64,000 nucleotides of DNA. Origin: Ophelia neglecta (taxonomy: Eukaryota). Positions 14,211 to 28,600 of this stretch are shown here, piece by piece. The notes beneath the pieces were generated by a model that saw nothing but the letters and a program-made list of their open reading frames with translations, made no database searches and had not been told where the DNA came from. The position numbers and the translations under genes are program-made. Where the stretch lies: the NCBI GenBank assembly GCA_965285935.1, contig OZ260667.1, positions 10,106,001 through 10,170,000 on the forward strand, read 5' to 3'. Numbering within the stretch: position 1 is the stretch's first letter; each line of letters opens with the position of its first letter.

Positions 14211-14682
14211 CGGCTTTCCGCTTATATCCAAGCCATCTATGAAAGGTCCAATCCGTCTAACAAATCATGAATACCCCATCATTTATGTGGCCATCTAGGG
14301 TATAATCACTAAGCCCGTTTATAACTGAACGGTCTACAGTTTCCAATCTTTTGATCAATTACACATGCTACAATGACGAACAACGCTATCATTACTACAT
14401 GCCTGTCGATAATTTGGATTTCACTTTTATAAAGTGTCATATATCTACAGCAAGCCCAATCGCAGATAAGGATGTATCTTTACAAGCGATACTATAGGAG
14501 TGGGAAGCGACCTGCATTGGCAGAAACCTACGACCTGCTTCTAATGGCATAGAAATATCATACTCATCCAAAGCAGGAGTCTGGTACTCCTTTAAAAAGA
14601 TTAATGGGATATCTAAGGAAAATGTTCCAGTGCGGTCAGAGGCAAGCTCGTTCACGTTGACCCCGTTAGTCTGTATCATAGC

Positions 14683-14836
14683 TGGGTGGGGTTCCCTGTC
14701 TGGTGTCTACGGCAGGTACTCCAGTGAGGCAGCACTATAAAGAGGGCATTGAGCCCACTGTCACAAGTAAGCACAGTGGCGATATGACCGATAAGTGTTG
14801 AAAGCCACGTAAAACCCCAAACAACAACAACAACAA
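14683..14836 (+). mobile_element. 5'-truncated SINE with (ACA)n tail and perfect 12-bp TSD
   Basis: Closely similar to 61662-61791. Flanked by CTGTATCATAGC at 14671-14682 and 14837-14848. Confidence 0.8.
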
Positions 14837-17800
14837 CTGTATCATAGCACTTTTTCGTGTTTAATTGTGATGCATCATTAGCCAAAAGAACAGAATGGCG
14901 GTTGGGTTTATCACTTTTTGGAGACTAACTGCTTGTCTGGAGTACCAATAAACCGCTGTATCGGTGCGCAGGTTCATTTTCTGGAAAATCTGCATATGCA
15001 TTCTCAGACATTTGTAAGCCCCTGCGCGAGCTAGATTGCGCGCTCTCGGTCCTACAAGTTTATTGAATGACCAGGTCAGCATGATCCTTAACATTGAAGG
15101 TAGGGTCTGAAGTGGCTACTAATTCTAAACTAGATCAAAGCCTCCCACTTTATAACCGGAAAGAGCCATCCGTGTATGCAGATGGTCAGCTTGAACCCAA
15201 TCAGACTAAGTGGTACCCATTGTTGGTTCTTTGGTTGGATATAAGAAGGTAAGAATAGACAAACGAATTGGTCAAGTACTTGTGTTGATCTGATGCACTT
15301 TGCTACCTTGGATTTATCGATTAGTCGGTTTTGCACGTAGACAATCGTGAGTGGTGCGGATCTGTAGCAAAGCCATTACGGCCATGAACCACCACAGTGT
15401 CTCAGGCTTCTGTAGTAGGCCTCTCGGCGCATGCGCCCGGGTTTCTTTTCCAAGAGTTTGCTCGATTGGGAGATTATTATCACAAATTTCCCACTTTGTA
15501 AGAGAAACAGTTCCTACACCACTGCCATGCTTTACCACACACCACCACCTCTCCCCTACAGTCTCCACCCCTTATCGATCCTTACCAACCGAAAAATGGT
15601 TTTTGATCATATGATTCGATGGAAGTATTATTGAGGGAGGTTATGAATGGTTTTGGCGGCAGAAGTCCAATGAAGGAACTTAGGGGCATATTGCCTTGAT
15701 AAATGTCCACTTACACTCCCCAAATAATAACATGTAACCGATAATAACCTACTTAACCAGGTAATACGGATAAGTGGTTTCTTCCAATTAAAAAGTCATC
15801 AATAAGAACATTTAGAAATGATATTTTGAAATACTTCAATGTCTTTGATATGCCATCTCTATGGCTAGAAGATAAATGTACATTGTTAGTATTCCCGGCA
15901 TCTCTGTGGATATAAAGTTTATGTCCATTCCCTTATTCTTAGTATTCCGTATGGCAACAGGTTGCATTATACGCTTCTGACAACGAAAAGTGTCAAATCT
16001 GAATGAAATTCAATTTGTACGGAGTTTAGTAATTCTTTTTATGAATAGCTTGCAGCATTCCTATTTTGTCTTATTTCTTTCATTGAAGGTGTATTGTATG
16101 CTACCTCTTTTGTTTATCCTGTTCTTCTGAAGAGAACGAAGATTCGGTGCCCACACATAATAACCTCATTCCATCGTGGCCGTAGAATCCTTAAGACTCC
16201 TAAGCCGTTTTCGATATTACCGCTTCCAATGGTTCAGTTATATAATACAGCCGAGGCTGCTGGATTATTGGCAAGAATTATTGGAATTGATTATTCCGTG
16301 TAACATAGTCCCATATAGGTTAATACCCTTATCTACTTAAGGCACTCTGCGTTACGTACTAATTGGATTTACTGGCCCATGTTACAGCTTTGGTGAAATG
16401 AACATGACGAGTACCCTTGATCACGACATGTGAGGGCAGCATGTCACTGTAGACAAACACACTCCAACCATCACCTAATCACACTGGTCTAACCTTGAAG
16501 AATGAATGCGAGGCGTCAGGTCCAAGGATAGGCGCCACCTGTGTCAATCTCCCTTTCATGCCTTGTTTTTCATTAATGCAGCCTATAAAGCTTACGGTGA
16601 CAAATGGATGTACTCTGCTAAAAAAAAGTTCAAAGGGTACTTACTATCTCCTTCTTTTTGACCCACTTTAAATAAAGAGAGAGGGGGATTGAGGAAGGGA
16701 AGAGAGGGAGGGGGGACTAGTTATGGTTGCACTCTGTCTTTGCTAATCGTTGCATATACATAATGGATGTATGTTAAAAATCTCCATAATATTAAATGAT
16801 ATTGGAAGCACCTGTCGTATTTAATAGTAAAAATAAAAATAAAACAAGGTACATGGCTTATAGTTAATTTATACCGGCTTGCGGGAATTACAGATGTTTC
16901 CTTGACAATTGCAGTTGCCCAACTGTTTATGACGTCTCATTCTGTCATAAGCACGTGCTGCTAAATAACTAATTATACTTCTTTCTCTAAGTCACATGTT
17001 TCTCTTTCACTGCAGATACGCTTCACTTGTTTCGTCTGTCCCTTTGCTATACGTTTTTTATCAGTAATTCAAGGTGATCCGAGTCAATCCTGACATACAT
17101 TTGTTATCGAGTACACCGCGGTAGCAATTTAACCACCTCTGAAATTTGCATTGTATGTAAGAACTCTACTTTATTTCCCATAGCGGAGTTCTACAGTGAT
17201 ATTTGGATTATACTGTTCGCAAATTTACAGGAATCGTAAAAATCCTACTCGGAGTGAATCCCATAGCCTCCATGTATCTCCAACATAATCGAAATGATAG
17301 ACTCTCCTAGGACATATTTCATCTCTGCTAAGTTGACCGATGATTCCCTGGTTTGTGTTCTGACTCGCATCAAGGAACACTGTTGAATACTCGCTCTTGC
17401 TAGTGGAATCAATTTCATTTTGTTTTTATTACTGTTTGGGAGCTGGGGATTTATATATGTAGGTTTGTGACACGTTGGACCAGTTCAGGCCGACTTGATA
17501 ACCGGTTTTTCCTTCCCTGTCAGGTATCCACCCCTGTATTTCTAACCCAGATGGTATGGAGTAACCCGCACGTAAAGTACACCCTAAAAACAATTCAGAC
17601 GCCAACGGCTCACTGGTTAATTTATTGATTATACTGCATGGGTTTGACATATATATTTTTTTTGTTTTGGTATTATATTCTTGTAGCGTGCCATTGATAC
17701 AGCACCACGCATATCGTGCCACCCCAAGGTCTCATCTGTCAACTCACATCTGTCCACCTTGTACATAATTCACAATAGAATCAGAATGGCTTCCCCTGAG

Positions 17801-19708
17801 CATATTTTCAGGAACAAACCGTTCAGGTAAATGATTTGGCTAATGTCACGGTCATTCATCTATTTTAGACGCGAGTGAAATTATGAGTTTGAAACTCTCG
17901 GCGACAAAAAAAGGAAGGGCTTCTTTTTTGTTAATCCTGTTCTTCTGAAGACGACGAAGATAGTAAAGCAGTAAAGATACTGTAATATTGAAAAGAAACG
18001 CTATACAAGATAGACGGTTTTTAGTCTCTTATAACCCTTCTTGTTTACAATATTTATTTATTTATCATGTATACTTTCATTTATTGAAATATTTAATTTA
18101 TTGCTTATTTCCTTTCAAAAATTTGAGCTGGAGAGCTGCCAGCCTCTGCGCGCAAACACCGGAGGCAGATATTGTGGAGGAATATGCATTTTATACCCTT
18201 TTGAAAATAAGCTAGAGACGCTTGTTTGGCTAGTTCACTGCTATGAATAAATAAAAATTATATTTGGGTCACCCCGATTTTCACGTACGCGATACGGACA
18301 GATTGTTTTACTTGGCTTTGAATATCACGTAGCTTATGCAACATATCACCTTTCCCTGCAGCATGAAGTGTCAGATTTATGAGGTACATGTAACAGAAAT
18401 GCCTCCTTATATTATGAACTGATGATATATAAATTTTAATTCCTGCAAAAGAGCTTATGTCTTAATACATTATAGATTTATAAATTATCTGCCAATGAAT
18501 GACTAAATTAGATGAAAACATAAGGGTGAATTTACTTATTTTCTATTTCAAATTGCTCCATGAATTACTCTGGAAAAAAGGGCTCTCCGAAATCTATGCA
18601 TGCAAAGCACACTTCCACAGCTGCTGTCTATAAATGAATCATTAAAAATAATTCAGGTTACATTTTTGTGTCATATTTCGTATATACACGTAGTCGACAC
18701 GTCCGCGATAATGTCTTGTGAAACTAACATGGAAAAAACCTGTGATTAAGACTCGCATTTGGACTTTTTTTTTGCTGTTGGCTTGTTCATCCACCACTGA
18801 AAAATTAAACACATGTTTGCTTTCATAGGCAAATTACTTTTATCCCAATAAATTTATTCACTCAAAAAGGATGTGTCCAAAACCATATTTAATGATATGC
18901 AAGAATTCGTCTCCCTTTTCATCTTAATTAATTTAGTTCAATTTTATTATTAAAGCACGTTAATAAAGTTTTTAAAATATCATTTAACAGCGGAGTTATT
19001 AATTATCTTATATTTCAGTCACGTACGTGATATACTTTAAAGGGACCTACAATTTAAAACTTCTTTTAATAAATATACTTCAAAAAATCCACGAACTAAA
19101 CTATATGGCTGATAACCTAGATATATTACTTAACCAAAATTGTAAACCTGGTTCTAGTTTGGAATTTTTCCCCAAATAAAACGTTTTAGTACCAATTTAT
19201 TTGGAAAGCGTCATATAAATGCAGTAGAGAGTGAACGAATGAAATTTCTTCAGTAAGCAATTAGGAATCTTAAAATATTGTTATATAACAGCCAGGGCTA
19301 GGTACAAAAGACATTATCAGTAGATTCGTATATACAGAGATGAGACTGGGTACTAATCGACTGCAAACAGTAGATTCGTGCGTCCGAATCCACTGTGTGA
19401 ACATTGTTATGACGCTACACAAATATTTTAAAACTATATAATGGCCGGATGGGGTTCCATGTCAATAGTAAAGCTTATAAATGGTTTGAACGCCGGCATT
19501 GTTTTGTCATATATGTGCGTGGAATTCCTCCTGCTCATCGTCTCTATGCAAATGGCAAGAGTCCTTAACAAACCAAGCATTTTCACTAGAAAAACTTACT
19601 TAATGAGGATTCCGAAAATACCAATAGGATGGTGTAAATCACTTAGTAGAGTATTATCAAATAGAAATGTTGGATGTATTTTGGGAAGCTAAAGTCTGAG
19701 CAAATTCC

Positions 19709-19711
<3 letters not shown>

Positions 19712-19795
<84 letters not shown>
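19712..19795. repeat. (TC)42 microsatellite
   Basis: Perfect dinucleotide run. Confidence 0.97.
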
Positions 19796-19798
<3 letters not shown>

Positions 19799-20303
19799 AA
19801 TATTAACACTTAGGGCATGAAGCTGGCTTCAAGGTATTAATGGAATTGAGTTACTTGTGACCATGTACTGGCGGTCAAAGACACGTGTACTAGGACACAA
19901 TTACACCTATTACGCATGCAGTCGGTCGTTCCTGTTAGCCAAAGGTTGCTGCACAAACAACTCAAATTCTTATTGTTGCAAATCACCAACGAACCAGGAT
20001 GTGGGGATTGACCAGTACTTCATCACGTTGTAAACCGATCTAGAATAATGCATCAAAGGCTTCTCGCAAAATGACAATCAGGAGTATGAAATAAGCATGG
20101 AATACAAATTTGTGAACAGGACAACTGTGGAATCAAGTGGAGAATTTAGAACTAGATGAACAATAAAAAACATGCTTTTGATGTCTGATCAAGATCACGA
20201 TATCAATCCATATCATTTTTACTGGACGTATTGTTTGTATTGAGAACATATTGCTTGTTATATTGTTGTAGACCCAAAAAATGTCAAACATTTTGTTAAC
20301 ACC

Positions 20304-20369
20304 CTGATTGATTGTTTGACTACTGATTGATTGATTGATTGATTAATTGATTAATTGATAGATTGATTG
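20304..20369. repeat. Imperfect (TGAT)n microsatellite
   Basis: Visible directly in the sequence. Confidence 0.8.
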
Positions 20370-20729
20370 GTTCTTAAGCACTTACCTTTTGAAAGCTTCA
20401 GGATCGAATTTAAAATGAATTCTCTCAGTGTTTGCGCTTCAATGAGATTCTACCAATTTCCTGTACGTTAAAGCCTTCTTGATAGGGTACTTGGTCAGAT
20501 TATTCCACTGTGTATAGAAAGCAATGGATACTTATATAATGGTTTTAAAAATTTCAATCAGATTAGCTGATCACACGAGATAGGCTCGTTAAAACGGAGG
20601 GTCATGTATAAGTAAGTGGTAAATGAGTTGGCTGGAAGCGAGACATCCGGCGCTAAGGTATTTGATCGAGGATTAATATAGAACGTGATGCAAGGAACAC
20701 GAATGTTTAATTGCAACGCTGACTTAGGT

Positions 20730-21600
20730 GAAAATTGGATTCAATGAAGTATACAAATGACGGAAACCATTATGGGTGTCAATGAATGTCATGGCCTTCT
20801 CCCAGCTTAAAACACAGTCCAAACAAACGTTAAGGTTGAATTATACATGCAGTAGAGGGCAGTTATTATTAATCATACGGAGAGCATCGGGATACAATAT
20901 ACACCATGGATGATCTTTATAACTGATTGGCTTCTGGGTAAGCTTCATCACACACCGGGTAATGAGTATTCATTAAAAGTGGTGACTAGTCAGAGGCGGG
21001 GGTCGTAGACGTTTCTGTGCACGAGGGGGCATGAAAACTATTATTTAGAGAAGGGTTAGTAGTCTTGGTGGAGTTCATTGTACGGTTGCTTAGGGAGAGG
21101 GTAAGCATCAGTTGTTTTGTGTCCAGCGTTGTGCTATAATCACATATTTCATCTCCGCCATGCATATACTATGTTACCTATGTTATTGGTGAAACGGTTA
21201 AGTACGTGCCTGCGAGATTTACTCTTGTGTACGCTATTTACCTCTACCCAGAATGAATTAATTGACTTCGAACATGAAAGTCATCGAACGAGGAGCATGT
21301 TGAGTCGTAAAATGAGCCCAACTTGTCTCCACCTGATTACCTTTTTCCTTAGCTGCCGTTACCGGTTTGAGCGGTTGGAGGCACCCACCACCAATTACAC
21401 TCATGTTTACGAGAAATCTAAGCTGGAATTCTACCCAGTCATTGGCCGCAGCAGCAAGCCCGCCACAGATTGAGGCTGCCGCCTTGGGTAGACGATGGCT
21501 TAGCAATGCGTCTGTCTTGGTTGAGTAGGCGATCATCAAATCAGGTGAATATGAATAGAATATAGTTGAGGGGCTTCTTTCATAGATCATGTCATTGACT
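20730..21600 (-). mobile_element. Highly decayed RTE-like LINE 3' half
   Basis: Minus-strand NDWVEFQLRFLVNMSVI (resembles post-YADD W..L.FN) and LSWEKAMTFIDTHNGFRHLYTSL (resembles the RTE C-terminus W.EA...A.DR..WR.LV..L). Weak similarity only. Confidence 0.3.
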
Positions 21601-22343
21601 TTAACGGTAATTAAGTTGGCATTCGACTAAAAAGCATCTAGGTCTTTCATACATGACAATCTGTCAGTTTGCCCTTGTAATTTTGACTCGAGGCCCACGC
21701 AGACAAGTAACAAATATATGCATATACAGGGAACTGCTTCGCTATTCAATTGTGAATAGGGAACAAAAATACGCTTGATACCTTTAAATATATAGCACTT
21801 CTTTGACAAAATAATGATGGTCCATTGGAATTTTGCTGCTTCAGTGCGCATTTATTTTAAATAGCCATTCGTATGTGCACTCTTTCCATTATTTAGTTAC
21901 ATGAGCAGTTTAGAGTATCGTAGGCAGACTTTGTCCTTTGTGGGGCTGAAACGTGGTTTTTTTTAGTGTCATACGAGATAGGATATGCCTTCTTTCTGCT
22001 CGCTCGTTTCTATTCATTTTGGTAGCCGGAAAAACCATGACCACGAGTTATCCTATACATCAGAAGAAGCTCAACAAGACTTGTATTAGAAAAATAGGAT
22101 CGATTTGCATCGGGTCTGTGTATTGTTCACTACGTCAGATCCTTTAACATATATACTATCCAGATATCGAGATCTTTTAACATATGACATAACATATCAC
22201 ATTGACTGACACTTGTCCTTATGCACGAATGGATCGCTAAGTTAAAAGGTATCGGTATCGTACATCAGAAAGTTTTAAAACCCATCACCATTTTATGCCA
22301 ACAAGCATCACCAAAAGTTGACCACAACTCGATCCAATTTCCT

Positions 22344-22480
22344 GTGCCCGGTTTTTGGAAATGGTCTTTATCAGATTTAAATCAACATTGGAGTGCTTAA
22401 TCGGTCTATAATTGCTAAGCAGGGTTTCTAGAAGCCGGATAAGGTCTTAGACTGAGCCAATGTGGTCTAAAGTCGTCTTA
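22344..22480. mobile_element. Partial copy of the Harbinger-like MITE
   Basis: GCCCGGTTTTTGGAAATGGTC..GGGTTTCTAGAAGCCGGATAAGGTCT aligns to the reverse complement of 14085-14210. Confidence 0.5.
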
Positions 22481-25400
22481 CAAGGTGTTTACCATAAACG
22501 GGTTTCCATGGTGTTATTTTGACGAGTTGCTTACAAGATAACCCGCGTACACGTTTCATTGAACTATTTCAAAAGTATAAAAACATATCCATTTTGTCAA
22601 GCAAGTCCACTCTGAAATCGAGTGAAATCATAAGATTAGTGAACTATTTTTCATTCGGTTCCTGAACATATGGTTTTATTGAATTTTAATTTACTTTTCT
22701 AACGAATAGGTTTATGTATAAAACGAAATTGAAAAAAAAATATAAAATTATACTTTTGACATAGTTCATCAAAAATGTACGCAAGTTATCCTGTAAGCAG
22801 CACATCAATTAAGCATCATGCCTCTCACCAGAGAACTTGTAAGACGACGGTAGGACTAACACGATGTAATACTGAATAATCGCTCAATCTACTGTGTCTA
22901 ACCTACCCTTGGTAATGATCCCTGCTTTGGTACAGACGCCATTTCCTTGCACTCATTCCTTTTCTTGGGAAAAAATTGATTTAGCACTTAAACACGTGAC
23001 TTTGAGGCGGAAAACACATTAGTAGAGAATAAATGAAATCCGACACTCCGGCGTCCCATAATTACACCAGCAGATGTTTTATAGCTGGAAATCATCTGTT
23101 AAGGATGGGTGACGGAGACATCGAGTTTGTCACTGATATAACTTTGTCGTAAACTTGGTCATCCTATTTGTGAAATGAGCTTACTGTTAACCAAGAAATT
23201 TTTCGAGCAGCATAAATTTTCTGATCTTATTAGACGTTTATTTTTAGCATTAAACCTTATCGCTAAGTGATGCGAAAGACTGAAAACAAATCTGTGGAAA
23301 GTATGGCTTCAAAGGGGAATAGAATAGAGAAAATGATCCCAATTGTTCGAATCGTGAATCTCTTGTCCATTAGTGTTTTACCCTAGTACAATTCAAACCA
23401 ATGTGGGTGGTTGGTTTTTAAAAAGTTTGGAATTAAATTGAATTATCAGGCAAGTTTATTTAATGTCATAGTGTTAAACCAGGTACGAACACAAGACACA
23501 GATACGAAATATTAGTTGTTTTAACATAGCTAAACGGATTAAGCTTGGGGTAGGGATTAGGTTTAAGGAAAGTATCTCTTAGGAAAATTCCACGTGGTCG
23601 ACGGAAACTCCTAAAAGGGTAAGCAGAGACGTGCCATAATGTCGCTGATGAAATTCACTAAATAATGAGTTGTCTACAAGTGTAAACTGTTTCTGTTTTT
23701 TCTTAGACCACCCTTTATTGGCATCCAGGTACTTTGATTTGTTCATCTCTCCTCGTAGGATTTATTAGTTAATAGTTTTGCCTGCTCCTTGTGAGTTTGC
23801 AAGGATATTCTTCCACCACACAATGCGTTTGACTGTAAGCTTTCTAATTGATTTGCGCCTTATCTCATTTATTTCTGGTGCAGACGTCGACGGAGTTTAA
23901 AAAAATTAATAGATTTACTATTTTTGTAGCTAAGAACTGTAGCCATTTTTCTTCCTCGTGTGAATTATGTTTTCCTTCTTGATCCTGAACGTCAACCGCG
24001 GTTTTACGCCGGTTAAATGGAGTGGCTTTAGTGGTGCCTGCCCATGCTCCAACCCATGACATCCGCAGTAATTAGAGACATCACATTACCAATGTCCGGC
24101 CTGGGTAGCTAAGCTTTTATCTAAACACTGCCGCATTAAAGCGCGTCTCATGTGACCTGTCGTAGCAATAACACTCCATATATTAAGCTGCATATAAATA
24201 TTTATACTGGGGTATCACCATTAGCACTAACCGGAAAGTCTGCTTCCTACATAGAGCCATTAAAGTCCAACATTTTTATTCAGTGGAAGGAGTGCAAAAC
24301 CGACCATTCGTCCTCTGAAACATATTTTTATCTTTAGAAGTAAGGCAAATTCATGACACAACTGCAGCATTTTGCAAGCAGACCAGAACGCTGCAGTTGT
24401 GCGTTACCCGTGGATTGCATTGGTGGAAAATGTAGGTGGTCACTGTTTGGCAAGGGACTACATTATCTGGGTTAATCTGCTGACCAGGGCGGTTGAGACC
24501 GTGAGATAATAAATATACCTGTAGGATGACTTAAGCCTCATACTCTTTTACACCATGGTAGGCTGGCTTAATGATGTGTTACCATTAAATTCGATATCTT
24601 TAATTCATTCCTGAAATTACATTATTTCACCTTAGCAAGGAAAGCACTTTAAGATAATTAAGGTTGGGGTGCTGGGGGTGTGAGTGGCTAGACAATTTCA
24701 ACAGAAGAAAAATAGTTTGTTTAGGTCAATGTTAAGAAAAACAGGCTTATATTACAACATCAAAAATTGTCGCCATACAATTCGATTTGTTTATTGTTTT
24801 GACTAAATCGTCTAGCCCCCCCCCCCCACCCCCCCACCCACCCACCTATCCTAACCCCGGTATTAAACCCGCTGAAAATGTTCACTTTTCCGGTCGCTGA
24901 AGATTCTTTTATTTACTTTAAACTATATTGCATGGAAAGTCATTTCCTTTCTTCAGTTAGACCCTTTTAAGCACGTGCAAAGTCTACCTAGAACAATGTG
25001 TCACGTATTATTCATTCCTACGAAAAGTGTTTGCGTTTTAACTACGTTACACCTTCTTTGAAGCAAAATCTCCTTTGGGTGGTTTCTTAAAAAGTCGGTA
25101 TAGGTCACTGTATCATATTTCTTATCTTTTAGACCACATAAACAGTCCACTCCTTTGCGTGGTAGGATTATATTTCATTCGACCTTTATAATGATCTGAT
25201 TGCAACTTTCCAAAATGAGCATTTTTTTTCATTTTGTCACGACATACAGTCTAGCCTTATATATGGAAATGCCAAGCCAGTCAGTTGATACTACTACGAT
25301 TGATCTTCTGAATCAATGTCCTAAATTTAAATAATGGCTAGTGTACAGTGTGCCTGCAACTGACTGGTAGGGTTGTCTGGGTGCCATTTCATTGAATAAT

Positions 25401-25504
25401 CTCGACAGATGATTCAGCTATGCCTGCCATGTAGTTGTTTTCTACATCAGACAATTTTTGGGAACTTGAATTAAAACTCCTGAATTTCATAGTGTTAAAT
25501 CGCC

Positions 25505-25610
25505 TACGGTTACGTAACCTTTAATTCCGCCCAGTAAGAAGGCTAATCCCGCGCAATAGACAAGCTAATACCGCTCAGAAAGTAGGCTAATCCGACACAG
25601 GAAACTTTTA
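25505..25610 (+). repeat. Possible family B fragment with ~23-nt subrepeats
   Basis: Iterated AAG(T)AGGCTAATCC/ACCG units resemble the subterminal repeats of family B. Confidence 0.3.
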
Positions 25611-28600
25611 CCGCTCACAGTCCAAAGGCAAGAAGTTTTATTCACATTTTAGCAGGTTCGAATATTGCTGGCTGTATTTTTTTTCCGGTAAGTGTTTAAA
25701 CTTTGGAATATGTTACTTGATGGGGCGCCCTGTCTCAAGTCGGCTATATTGAAATAAGTCAGTGCATAATGGATGACCTTTGAGTGCATCATCATTCATA
25801 CATCAGTGTCTGCGTTTTTTGTTTGCTTCAGGCTCTGTGCGAGCCTCCTTTTTCACCTTTGAGGGACAGTACACTGGACAAAAACTCAAATTACAAAGCT
25901 GAAATACCTGTTAGCAGTATCCGGTCATATTAGTGAAAATGACCGGTTCATTTTATTCGATACAATGCACAAATAGATATTTTGGTTATTGTCAGTTCAG
26001 TTAACGTCTGTATATAGTGTAAATAGTGTAGAGAGCTTTACATTTTTCAAACGTGTCCTTCCGCGAACCCTGGGTCCCGGCAAACAAGGCCAAAATAAAG
26101 TCTTAGATGTGCTCACACAGTCGTGTGGCACATTTATGTAGATTTTATTGCCTGTTTGTCCGGACCCCAAATGTCGCCGACGGCTACATATGAAAAGTCT
26201 AAAACGCTCCAATGTCAAGATTATGTCTCCTTCTAAAGCTACTGTGTCTTTGCATTTTTTATGACCCTTTATGTATTGTCGGGGAAAATTGTTTCTGTAC
26301 TGCATGGTGTGTTTGCTGCAGGCTTTATGGCCGTCTAGCCTACCTACACCATGGCTGTGCTTTCAGTGTGCCCATTTCTCAACACTTGGTATTTGTAGCC
26401 ATAATTGCATCAATATCTGAGCAGAGGCTCCCCTTCAGTATGAAACATGTCACTTGATTGAACGCCCTGTCTCAAGTCAGCTCTACCTATATAATGGATG
26501 ACAGGCCCTCATTTTTACGTCTTCGCCATCCACCCTGCGCGCGCAATTATTTTTTACCAGACAATTTCTGTTGACAGTGCTTTTCATGTTCCTTAAAGCC
26601 CCTAAACATCCGGGAACAAACTCTGAAGGAAATGTTGTACGATAAAGTACACATTAAGAAGAAACCCAATTTAATCAAAACATAATTTATTGAAAATTAA
26701 ACCAGAGGTTCTATCTGCATATGAAAGTCAAATGCCATACCAACCAGGCAACAGAATCGTTCATCTCAAGCAATATAAATGATACTCACTCAATGATAAA
26801 AAAAAGACATTGCGTTGACATTTATATATGAAATGCTTTTACCTAACTGCTACCGTTTATCCTGTGTTTGAGTTGTGATATTATCGTCACAAGCAAATTG
26901 GTAGATGTGCATTTAGCACTAATACTTTCAAGTTCACGATTTGCTAAAAACAACAGTCATTGTTGTCCTTTTCATAACAAAAAATCCTTTAGTATCTATC
27001 ATTAGTTCTACACATCAATTTCCTTTGAAATGAACAAAAAAAAAAAAATCTCTTTGAATAACTTTTGATACGATAAATAGTTGATATGAGTTATAAATCT
27101 TTGAACTTTTACCTGAAATAAACTGCTAACTAGTCTCAATTCATTGATTCTATAGTCATCATTGAAATAGCTATATACCTTGTAATTTCAAAAGAGTTTA
27201 CTGCCTCCTCAAACAGTGTAACACCGACCAACAAGGCCATGATAGAAAGCAATAGTGTTGATTGTTATATATATATAAATGTACAGGTAGATTATAAAAG
27301 GGAAAAGGATCGTAATAGTAGCAGTGTCGCATGTCTGGTTATTTTGTCACACACCACATTTTTACAATAATCATCAATAAATATCAAGTAAAAACGAAAA
27401 ATGCATTTTCATTTCCCAAGTACATCTATGCTTACCCTAAGCAAGCATCAGCTAGACCCATAGGCTTACATGTACTATAGCACAAAATTTTTACTTTTTA
27501 CGCGGTTTGTGATATTAAATATTTCATAATTAGTCCTCTCTGGTAATGATTATATTTTTGATATTATTTGCTTGTGATTACTTTTTTATTTTAGAGGGTA
27601 TTATTTTGAGTGAATGCTTAATGGGAAAGGAATTGAAAATCAATATTATATTTTAGTTCACAAATCGCGTAACTAGATACAGCTGTATATATCCGGTTAG
27701 TTCTCACTTCCCAGATGAAAGAACACGATACGTTTGCAGTTCACCAAATACCGCCCTTCGTGTACAAATTTCACTCTTGGTAAAACATGTACTACGGTTT
27801 CCCATGGTTACATGACCACCAAACTGCGTTAAAGGTTGAAACATTTGCTCTAGTAAATGGAATATGGGTCTAGCAGACAATTGCATGGTTAATAGGAACA
27901 GAGAAAGCCTCTGGCAGTGAACGGTCGCTTGTAAAACGCGATAGTCATATATTTCGTTTGGAATTAGGTTCGAGTATCAGCTGAGAGCTCTGAGTAACTG
28001 CAATTAAGAGTCGTTCCTAAATCGGTGGCTTCTTGAGGGCTTCGGTGGTGTAGTGTTACCCGTGTAAATGTTGTCACACATTTCATGAAATGTGACCAGA
28101 AAAAAACGCATGATTCTTTATCATTAATATAAATATGTTTATGAAACCAATTTCATTTGTATGCTCAAATTTGCATGATAGTACATTTCTTCTTAGACTC
28201 TCTTAGCGAAAAACAACTATTTTCGCCTAGAAATTATGGTGATTGATCTTTTATTGTCTGCAACAGACAGATCTTTATGATTTCAGATCGATTTAGTTTC
28301 GATTCCAGATCAATGATTGTATTTGTGCATCGGGTATTCATTCCCTTTTTGAATACATTTCATCTTTAGCCTATTATTACAATAAAATCATGTTATCTGT
28401 GGGATAAGACTCTCGTAACAAGTAGCATGTGTCGTACTTTTCTACTTATTATTCTTTTATTTGTTATATGTTTGCAATTCCGATTTGCAGATTTCAGTAT
28501 TTTATGTGCCAGTGGTTGTCCTTTTCCGAATATTTGCTCATTTATTCGCTACATTCTTGTTCTCCCTATGTTTTCCTTCTTCCGGCTTAACTTAATTCCA

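Noticed and set aside
14900-15720. Cluster of short ORFs as a gene or RT fragment
   Set aside because: Only a faint VKYL-like match was seen, with no ordered motifs or splice-consistent exons.
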